The notes beneath the pieces were generated by a model, which worked only from the letters and a program-made list of their open reading frames with translations, was not told where the DNA came from and ran no database searches. A DNA stretch of 62,916 bases, the filler included, from Malassezia furfur (Eukaryota), in assembly GCA_052055015.1 (NCBI GenBank). It is 38 parts of 38 records of this genome, joined end to end, with 100 filler letters (N's around TTAATTAATTAA, not from the genome) between each part and the next. Parts side by side here need not be neighbours in the genome. Positions count along the whole stretch, not along the records: positions 54,975 to 56,485 come from JBQJIT010001131.1; positions 56,586 to 58,094 come from JBQJIT010001132.1; positions 58,195 to 59,703 come from JBQJIT010001133.1; positions 59,804 to 61,310 come from JBQJIT010001134.1; positions 61,411 to 62,916 come from JBQJIT010001135.1; 33 more parts are not named here. One strand, written 5' to 3'. Position 1 is the stretch's first letter. Each line of letters opens with the position of its first letter. Positions 54,975 through 62,916 of this stretch are shown in pieces. Made by a program: the position numbers and the translations under genes.

Positions 54975-56485
54975 CGACGTTTGCGCGCGCGGTGCGCACC
55001 GTCGCGCCGCTCGACGCGCTCAAGCTGCAGCTGCGCGCGCACCCCGAGAGCGCGGCGCTCGTTGCGCGCCTGCTTGCGCAGCCGCCGCCCGACGAGGACG
55101 CGGCGCGCCGCGTGTTTGTGTTCCTTGCGTCGTGCCGCGACCTGCGCGCTGCGGACCTCGCCAAGGTGCGCGAGGCGCCCGTCGTGCCTGTGCGCCGGCG
55201 CACGGGCGACACGGCGGCGCTTGTGCACGTCGCGCCGCGCGACTGCTACTTTTGGCCGACGAGCGGTGCGCCGCCCGCGTTCCAGGAGGTGTTTGACTAC
55301 ATCGACTTTGGCCCCACCGCCGCCGTCTTCCTGCGCGCGTGCGGCGTGTCGGACGAGCCGAGCACGGAGGAGCTCGTGGCGAAGCTCGTGGCCGATGCGC
55401 CGCGCTTCTACGCGCTGTGTGGCTCGACGGACGCGTACCTCGGCGTGCTGCGGCGCGTCGCCACCGAGCTGCCCACGCTGTCGTCCGGCGCGGTGCAGGC
55501 GCTGCAGCGTGCGCCGGTGCTGCTCGGCGTGCGCAAGGCGCCGGGCGCCGAGGAGGACGACGAGGCGCAGCAGGAGTACGCGCTGCGCCGCGCGCGCGAC
55601 GTCGTGGTGGTCGACGACGCGCACGCCCACATGCTCTTTGCCACGCACGTGTACGCAGCGCCGCCCGACGACGTGCTCGAGGCGCAGCTGTACGTGCCGC
55701 TCGGCGCGCCGCTGCTCAGCACGCTCGTCGACGAGTCGTACGCGGTCGCGAGCGACGTGCGCACCGACACGCCGCGCACGCGCGCCGTGCACGCCACGGT
55801 GCTCGAGCGCACGCCCCTCTTTCTGTTCGAGAAGCGCGCCACGGCGCGCAAGGAGATTGTGCGCGAGTTTGACTGGCTCAAGGACGCGCTGCGCGTCGTC
55901 GAGGTCGGCGGGCGCGGCGTGCAGCTCACGCGCACGCTGCGCCACGGCGACACCGAGGCGCGCGACGTGCAGCGGTGCTCGGCGATGGCCGTGCTGCAGC
56001 GCAAGCAGCTCGTGCTGCACCTCGCGTCGGACCTCGACGTGGACTGGTTCGAGGTGGCCCTCGCGCTGTCCAAGTTCTTGCTGAGCAAGCAGCCGCTCCA
56101 GGAGGTGCTGCTGTACATGACGGTGCTCTCGACGCCGTTGCGCAGTCTCAAGCGCAAGGGCTTCCACGTCGACAAGATGCTGGCGCAGCAGCGCCCGGTC
56201 GCCGACGCGCCCATCCGCACGCCCGCCGCGCCGCCCGCGCCCAACTGGAGCGCCTACACCGCCGAGCTCCTCCAAATGTTCCCCGAGGCGGAGCCGGCGT
56301 ACGTCGAGCGCCTCCTGCGCTCGTTCGCGTCCGAGCATGTAGAGCGCGCGAGCGATGTGCTCCTGCGCAACGAGTACCCGCGGCGCACGCGCACCGGCGC
56401 CCCCGCGGCGCCGGAAGCGGGCCGAGCCGACGTGCCCGACTTGCCGGGCACCTGGGACGCGCCGCCCGAAAAGGCGCCGTCCGGC
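54975..56485 (+). CDS. Conserved fungal protein (DUF3684/sacsin-like) with CUE-like motif, internal part
   Basis: FDYIDFGPTAAVFLRACG..EPS; LRSLKRKGFHVDK; LLQMFPEAEPAYVERLL. Confidence 0.6.
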
Positions 56486-56585
56486 NNNNNNNNNNNNNNN
56501 NNNNNNNNNNNNNNNNNNNNNNNNNNNNNTTAATTAATTAANNNNNNNNNNNNNNNNNNNNNNNNNNNNNNNNNNNNNNNNNNNN

Positions 56586-58094
56586 GGCGCTGGCGCCGGT
56601 GGCGGCGTGTGCGGCGGCCTCTTCTGTGGGCCGCGCGTCGCGCTTGCGGTCGTTCTTGCGCCGCTCCTCCTTGCGGCGGCGCTCGGCGTCGCGCTCCTCC
56701 TTGCGGCGTCGCTCGGCGTCGCGCTCCTCTTTTCGGCGGCGCTCGGCGTCGCGCTCCTCTTTGCGGCGTCGCTCGGCGTCGCGCTCCTCCTTGCGGCGGC
56801 GCTCGGCCTCGCGCTCCTCCTCCTTGCGGCGGCGCTCGGCTTCGCGCTCCTCCTCCTTGCGGCGGCGCTCGGCGTGCTCCTCCTCCTTGCGGCGGCGCTC
56901 CTCCTCGCGCGCGCGGCGCTGCTCCTCCTGCTTGCGGAGCTCCTCCTGGCGCTGGCGCTCCTGCTCGGCGCGCGCGGCGGCCTCCTCGGCGGCGCGCTCC
57001 TGCTCCTTGCGCGCGCGCTCCTCCTCCTTCTGCTGGCGGAGGAGGCGCTTCTTGTCCTTTTTGCGCTGGTTCTCCTTGGCGCGCTTGGCCTCGCGCGCCT
57101 TTTCGTTGGCGTCCTCCTCCTCGAGCTCGAGGAGCAGCTGGCGCTGGCGCTCCTGCGCGATGCGCTCGCGGTACGCATGCAGCACGCGGTGCTCGAGGAT
57201 GCGCGCGGCAAAGATCTGGAACATGCGCCACCCCTGCTCGCGCTGCTCGTCGGGCGTGAGCTCGAGGTCGGACGCGAGCGACGCCGCGTCGTCCTCGGCG
57301 GCGGCCGCGTCGTCGTCGGCGGCGACCGCGCCGAGGCTGCGCTCCGCGAGCTGCTCCATCATGAGGATGAGCTTGTGCACCTCGTTGCCGGACAGGTCGT
57401 CGGCGACCGTCAGGATGCCCTTGACGGTGAGCGACGAGTTGATCCGGTAGCAGTCCGCGTTGCGGCACACGTCGCGCTCGCTGCGCGCGTCGAGCTCCGC
57501 GTCGAGCTCGTCGTCGTACGCGTCGTCGAGCTCGTCGTCCTCGTCGTCGTCGAGGCCCTCGTCGTCATACAGCTCGTCGTCGTCGGGCGTCGGCGGCGTC
57601 GGCGCACGCCGCTCGTCGTAGCCCCGCCGCGGCGTGCGCGCATACCCCGGCCCATGCGGCCCATGCGCGTGCGGCTGCCGCGACAGCAGCAGGTGCGCGC
57701 CGACGACGCCGCCGTGCGCGTCGAGCGCAATGCTCCCCGGGAACGGCCCCGGGCCGCTCGGCGCGGGCGCCGCCTCGGGCGCCGCGCGGTGCTGCGCGAG
57801 CTGCGCCGTGTGCGCCTCGAGCGCCTCGTAGTAGCTCGCATACAGCGCGCGCAGCTTGGCGTCGATCAGCGCGCGCTTCCGCTGGCACACGCGGCACGCA
57901 CACGCGTGCCGCGTGTAGTCGCGCAGCTTGCGCTGCACGTCGCCCTGCTCCGCGTCGAGCAGCTGCCGCCGCTGCGCGGGCGGCAGCGCGTGCCAGAACG
58001 CGCGGATCTGCTCGCGCTCCTCGGCGCTGCCGATCGTCAGCGTGCTGCCGCTCTCGGGCGGCGCCGCGCCCGCGCCCCGCGCGGGGAACATGGC
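56586..58094 (-). CDS. NST1: Stress response protein Nst1, partial, with charged 10-11 aa repeats
   Basis: EEREQIRAFW..CACRVCQRKR, SSLTVKGILTVADDL, RMFQIFAARILEHRVLHAYRE; (AERRRKEERD)n. Confidence 0.9.
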
Positions 58095-58194
58095 NNNNNN
58101 NNNNNNNNNNNNNNNNNNNNNNNNNNNNNNNNNNNNNNTTAATTAATTAANNNNNNNNNNNNNNNNNNNNNNNNNNNNNNNNNNNNNNNNNNNN

Positions 58195-58954
58195 CCACGG
58201 CGGCGCCCGCGGCGGCGGCGGCGGCGGCGGCCATCGCGTGCAGCGGGACCGTCGGCGGGACCTGCCACGCTGGATCGCACGTCTGGAGCAGTGCATTCCA
58301 CGCGTCGTCGGCGAGCAGCGTCGTGCACGCCGCGGGCGACGGCCACGCGACGTACGCGGCACCGGGGTGCGTGTGCTTCCACGAGAAGCACGCGAGCTCG
58401 AGCGGATGGGCGTGCTGCAGCGCGTGCACCACCGCGTGCACGGCCGCCGCCGTCGTGTCGTGTGTGCCGGCGGGCGCCTTAAAGTAGACGTGCGCGGTGC
58501 CTGCACGCCCACGCGGCGGCGCGTCGGCAAGCAGCGCGGGGAGGTGCAGGAGCAGTGCACGGATCGCCGCAATGTCGCGCACGTACACGCCGTGGTTGCG
58601 GCACCACACGACGCGCTGGGCGTCGTCCGAGTGCGTCAGGGCGATGGACAGGCCGCGCTGGCGTTCCGTCCACGCGGGCACGGCGGCGCGCACGTACGCG
58701 GGGTCGTTTGCATGCCACACTTCGGCCACGACGTCCTCCGCGGGTGCGAACGCGTGCACGGCGCGGTGGGTCGCTGCGTCGTGGAGGACGACGCGGGCGT
58801 CGGTGGGGAGGAGCGCGACGTAGCGCGTTGCCTGCGTCGCCTCGTACGCAAGGGCGTCCGCGGCCTCGGGAAGCGGTGTGGTGATGGGCGTGTGCACGTC
58901 GCCGCCCTCGGCGGCGGCGAGCACGCCTGCAAAGCGCCACGGAACCGCCGGCAT
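58195..58954 (-). CDS. Hypothetical protein, 3' partial
   Basis: ATG at 58954, open to contig edge; no recognised motif. Confidence 0.55.
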
Positions 58955-59034
58955 GGTGCTGCGCAGTCGGGGTAGGCGTGCCGGGGCGTCAAGTGGAGGT
59001 GCGTGTCGTTCGCTTCGATCGTGGCCGGCGGAGG

Positions 59035-59466
59035 ATGTCGTCGCTTGGGCTGAGTGCCGCGTCCCTCGGCGCACCACAGGTCGACAGTCCCACCACGGCA
59101 CACAGCGAACCCGTCCTGCTCACCACCACCACTCCCGTGCCCGACAAGGCCGACGCGGGCAACGACGCGGTGTCGTGCACGCTCGTCTTTGCACAAAACG
59201 GCACGCTGGCTATCCGCGACTTTGGCTTTGAGAAAAGCGATGCGCGGCACACGGGACACGGCTCCGTACTGCCCGCGCGCAACGAGCACCCCGTGTACAC
59301 CGCGCTGTACGACTTCCGCGCCGAGTCCAGCAACGAGCTGAGCGTTGCCGCCGGCACCCAACTCCACTACCTGCGCGCCGTCGATGCCGGCTGGGCGCTC
59401 GCGCAGCGCGTCGACGACCCGACCCAGCGCGGGCTCGTGCCGGAGGCCTACATAGCCAAAACATAG
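59035..59466 (+). CDS. Small SH3 adaptor, Nbp2-like
   Basis: IRDFGF..DARHTG motif then SH3 ALYDFRAESSNEL..GW..GLVPEAYI*. Confidence 0.78.
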   Translation: MSSLGLSAASLGAPQVDSPTTAHSEPVLLTTTTPVPDKADAGNDAVSCTLVFAQNGTLAIRDFGFEKSDARHTGHGSVLPARNEHPVYTALYDFRAESSNELSVAAGTQLHYLRAVDAGWALAQRVDDPTQRGLVPEAYIAKT

Positions 59467-59481
59467 CGGCCATCCTTTTGT

Positions 59482-59703
59482 CTACTCGGCAGGGGTATGT
59501 CGCGGGGGCACATGGCCCAGCACGGCCATGTCGGCCCAGATGCGCGCGAGCGCCGCGTCGGGCGCATGCGCCGTGCGGCGCACGATGCGCAACAGCGGGC
59601 GGTAGAAGCGCACGTCGGGCGGCGCGTGCGCGGTGGCGCACCAGTGCCGCACGAGGAACGCGTACTCCTCGAGGGCCATCACGCGCACCTCGTCCGGTGC
59701 GCG
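59482..59703 (-). CDS. C-terminus of an unidentified (possibly PPR-like) protein
   Basis: PPDVRFYRPLL..ARIWADMAVLG. Confidence 0.45.
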   Translation of the reverse strand, partial: RAPDEVRVMALEEYAFLVRHWCATAHAPPDVRFYRPLLRIVRRTAHAPDAALARIWADMAVLGHVPPRHTPAE

Positions 59704-59803
59704 NNNNNNNNNNNNNNNNNNNNNNNNNNNNNNNNNNNNNNNNNNNNTTAATTAATTAANNNNNNNNNNNNNNNNNNNNNNNNNNNNNNNNNNNNNNNNN
59801 NNN

Positions 59804-60903
59804 CGTCGAGCGCGCGCGCGATGCCGATGCCGATCGCGGTGCCGGTCGCGGGCCGCGGCGCGCCGGCGTCTGCGTCGACGCATGCGCCGCCGACGTGGTC
59901 GCCCACGAGCATGTCGAGCCAGGCGACGCTCGCGAGCTCCGCGGGGATGGCGCCCGCGGTGCCGATCCCGCCGGCCATGTCGCCGACGCTTTCGACGGGC
60001 CCGGCGCCTGTGCTGAGTGCATCGCCCGGCGGGGGTGTGCCGGAGGTGATGAGTGTGCCGCTGCCCAGGGCACGGGCACAGCAGCCGGTAGAGAGTGCGA
60101 CGCCCGCGGCGAGTGCGACGCCGGTGGCCAGTCCACCATACAGGGGGGCGGGGACGTCGTACATGTCGACCACGCCGTCGATGATGGATCTGTCCCCCGT
60201 CGCGCGGACGGCGCCGGCGCCCGCCACAGGCGCCCCGCCGGCCGCCGATGTGCCCCTGCGCGGCACGCCGCTGCCCGTCCCCCCGCGGTCGCCGTACCGC
60301 AACTCGATGTACGCTGCGAGCCCGACGCATGGGGACGGCGGCGCGTCGATGACCCGCTCCATGTCGCAGCGTGCGTCGTTCCTCGGCGAGGCCGCGCCGG
60401 CGATCCGCAGCACCGACGGAGCGCCGCCGTCGCGCATGACGCCCTCCATCTCGCTCGCGCACATCCCCACGTCGCCGCCCTCGGCCGGTGTGTCGGCCGG
60501 TGCGCCCGCGGGCGTTCCGATGCCGGTGTCGCCGCGCGGCGCGCCGGCGCCCGTGTCGAGCGGCCCCGAGGTGATTGCCGTGCCGCGCAACCGGACCCAA
60601 GCGGTGCCGGCGCCGGCCGTGTTCCCCAACACGCCGTCGCCGACGATGCCGACCAAGATGGGCGAGGCGGTGCCGATGTTGCGTGCGGCGAGCACCGCGG
60701 GGCCCGGGGCCGCGCCTGCGCCTGCCGCGCCTGCCGACGCACACCGGAGCATGTCGGCGTCCATGCCACGCTCGCACACGATGCACAACCTCTCGTCACG
60801 CAGTGCGGCCACGCCCGAGGTGCGTGCCGCCGAGGCGCCGGCGCCCACGAAGCGTTCGTGGCTGAACCGCGCGCTGCGGATCGACCGCACCGACAAGAAC
60901 TAG
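59804..60903 (+). CDS. Pro/Ser/Ala-rich disordered C-terminus of an unidentified protein
   Basis: Open frame ending KRSWLNRALRIDRTDKN*. Confidence 0.65.
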
Positions 60904-61016
60904 GTAGCACACGCGCAGGGCACAGTCAGTGTCTTGGGTTGCTATTCGCATCATACGTAGCTCACTACGGTGGCGCACGTGCGCCCATCCCGCAGGAAAA
61001 CAAGAGGGCGCGGCCG

Positions 61017-61310
61017 CTAGGGCGTCGGCGACGGGCCGTGGTGCTTTTCGTGTGCAAGGATCTGCGAGCGCTTCTGGAGCACGGCACGCGAGCGCTCGCG
61101 CATCGCGAGCAGTTCGGCCTCGCGGCGCTTGAGCTGCTCCTCCTTCGACTGGCGCTGCGCCTGCCCGCCCTTGCGCAGCATCCACGAGCTGAGAAAGTTG
61201 GGCGACGACGGCGCGCCGCCCGCCTCGGAGCGCCCCGGCGACGCATGCCGCCCCGTCCGCGAGCGCCCCTCACTGCTGGGACGCCTGCGCGTCGGCGACG
61301 ACGACGGCGC
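61017..61310 (-). CDS. C-terminus of an unidentified protein
   Basis: ..NFLSSWMLRK..KEEQLKRREAELLAMRERSRAVL..PSPTP*. Confidence 0.55.
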   Translation of the reverse strand, partial: APSSSPTRRRPSSEGRSRTGRHASPGRSEAGGAPSSPNFLSSWMLRKGGQAQRQSKEEQLKRREAELLAMRERSRAVLQKRSQILAHEKHHGPSPTP

Positions 61311-61410
61311 NNNNNNNNNNNNNNNNNNNNNNNNNNNNNNNNNNNNNNNNNNNNTTAATTAATTAANNNNNNNNNNNNNNNNNNNNNNNNNNNNNNNNNN
61401 NNNNNNNNNN

Positions 61411-62307
61411 CGCGCCCGGCGCCGCGCGCGCGCGGCCCGGCGCAGGCCACAGCGCACGCTCCCAGGACGCGAGCGCCGGCGCCTCGTCCCAGTCCTCGTC
61501 ATCGCCGTCAGACGCCGCGGTCTCTTCGAGCGCGGTAAAGAAGCTCGCAAACAGCACCCCGAGCGACCACATGTCCGCTTGGTACGCGTCGTAGCCGCGC
61601 GTCAGCGCAAACAGCAGCTCCGGCGCACGGAACGCGCCGGTGCCCACCTCGCTGATCATCGCGCGCGGCGCCCCCGCCTCCGCCTGGGCATACGCCGTGG
61701 TCTCGGGGAAGGCGGGCGACCATGCGACGCCCAGGTCGATCAGCCGCACGCGGCCGTCCGTGCCGAGCATCACGTTCGCCGGCTTGATGTCGCGGTGCGC
61801 GATGCCTTCCGCATGCAGGTAGGCCACAGCGTCGAGCAGCTGGCGCAGCGCACCGCCGACAAACGTCACGTACGTCTCGCCCGCCAGCAGCGCTCCCCAC
61901 GCCGCAGGCGCATCGGCGGCAAACGGCGGCGCATGCGGCGCAAACTGCGGCGCGTCCAAGATCGCGGGGAGACCCACGGGGTACAGCGGCATCGCGAGGT
62001 GGTGCACGGTGGTGAACGCGTCCGGTGTCTCGGTGAACGCGGCGAGCAGCGTCGCGATATGCTCGTGCCGCGTCGCGCGCAGCAGGGCCACTTCGCGCTC
62101 GACGTCGTGCGGCGCGTTCTGCTCATCCACGTCGACGTGCTTCAGACACAGCCAGCCACGCACGCCGCCGTGCGTCTCGAGGACGGGCGTGGCGGCGTGC
62201 ATCGGCGCCTTGCTCACCACCGAGCACAGGCCGTGGCCGACCGGAAGCAGCAGGTGGGCCTCGAACGCGTCGTCAAGCCTATCTAGCCGGCGCGGTAAGC
62301 ATGCCAC
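61411..62307 (-). CDS. Ser/Thr protein kinase (divergent CDK/CAK-like), start unresolved, 3' partial
   Basis: VGHGLCSVV, CLK, PHDVEREV, IAHRDIKPANVM, LIDLG, VGTGAFRAPELLF, DMWSLG. Confidence 0.88.
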
Positions 62308-62326
62308 TCACGGGGGACGCAACCAC

Positions 62327-62746
62327 CTACCACATGTCGGAGGCGCCCGTACGCTTCCCAAAGTACTGCGTGTGAGTCGGCCGACGTACCTCGTCCAGCA
62401 GCGCAAAGAACGCCTGCTTGTCCGCCTCGGTAAACTGCGAGTACGCGATATGCGTCGTCGACGGCGGCGCGAATGCGGGCGCAGACGGCTGCGCGACCGC
62501 CGTAGACGCGGGCACCGTGTGCGTCTGCGGCATGGACGCCATGTCGGACGGAAGCGGCGGCATGTGCCGGTGCTGCGGCGCGCCGGCCATAGTCTCCGCG
62601 GCACTGCCCGCGCCGCGCATCGACGCAAGCCGCTCCTCGTACGAGGACTTCATCGAGCGGCTACCACGCAGCTTGTTAATGTGCTCCTCGCCGAAGCGGT
62701 CGAGCTTCTCGTTGAGGTCCAGGCGCAATTTGTCGAACGGCGGCAT
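62327..62746 (-). CDS. Small uncharacterised protein, 1 intron
   Basis: MPPFDKLRL..SQFTEADKQAFFALLDE|YFGKRTGASDMW*. Confidence 0.7.
   Translation of the reverse strand: MPPFDKLRLDLNEKLDRFGEEHINKLRGSRSMKSSYEERLASMRGAGSAAETMAGAPQHRHMPPLPSDMASMPQTHTVPASTAVAQPSAPAFAPPSTTHIAYSQFTEADKQAFFALLDEVRRPTHTQYFGKRTGASDMW
62366..62389 (-). other. Spliceosomal intron, 24 nt (in frame, no stop)
   Basis: GTACGTCGGCCGACTCACACGCAG. Confidence 0.78.
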
Positions 62747-62806
62747 CGTAGCCCGGGGCACGTGGAGATGTGGAGCGCGAAGGCGCGTGCACTTTTTTTT
62801 TGGACC

Positions 62807-62916
62807 ATGGCGTCGGAAGCGCCGGCAGATGCGCCCGAGGGCGCCGAGGCGCCGATGCCCACGACCTTTCGCGAGCTCGGCGTGATTGAGCCGCTGTGCG
62901 AGGCGTGCGACAAGCT
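62807..62916 (+). CDS. RRP3: DEAD-box rRNA helicase Rrp3/DDX47, N-terminus
   Basis: MASEAP..TTFRELGVIEPLCEACDK (start of Q motif). Confidence 0.75.
   Translation, partial: MASEAPADAPEGAEAPMPTTFRELGVIEPLCEACDK

Noticed and set aside
56640..56900. 30-33 bp tandem repeats in NST1
   Set aside because: They encode an ordinary charged helical E/R/K tract typical of this protein; minor expansion only.
269..61358. Hundreds of long overlapping and antisense ORFs in the ORF track
   Set aside because: Expected shadow ORFs in very GC-rich DNA with strong GC3 bias; R/A/P-rich and without motifs.
1666..61366. Regularly spaced TTAATTAATTAA repeats (CRISPR-like or TTAA transposon target-like periodicity)
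   Set aside because: Always centred in 44 N + 44 N; this is an artificial six-frame-stop contig linker.
1..62916. Gene neighbourhoods or clusters spanning N gaps
   Set aside because: Contigs are ordered by length, so cross-gap adjacency has no biological meaning.

Overview
This window is not a continuous locus. It is 38 short contigs (1621 down to 1506 bp, in descending length order) joined by an artificial 100-bp linker (44 N + TTAATTAATTAA + 44 N), so adjacency across linkers means nothing. The DNA is eukaryotic: a very GC-rich, extremely compact basidiomycete yeast, most likely Malassezia-like (inference). It carries mostly partial housekeeping genes, including La, SNF5, LRG1, UTP10, BUD6, ALG6, TUF1, Pol kappa, TRS85, CYR1, Hook, VPS53, ELG1, ELO, UAP1, UBP3, NAP1, SCS7, POM152, MUB1, BioF, formin, MCM1, CAF40, CWC21, NST1 and RRP3. 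The strongest hidden signal is a miniaturised splicing system. I could read 17 GT-AG introns of 21-36 nt (mode 23 nt) with a near-invariant layout, GTRCGT..CT[C/G/A]AC-(N or NNN)CAG, and removing them restores conserved protein motifs in most host genes. The only clearly long intron, in MUB1/samB, hosts an unannotated box C/D snoRNA whose guide matches the LSU rRNA site equivalent to yeast Um2417 (snR66-like). Intergenic spacing is minimal: convergent stops overlap or lie 1-7 bp apart, and divergent start codons are 32-60 bp apart. I found no CRISPR array, tRNA, rRNA or mobile element. All family assignments are from motif recognition, not database searches.
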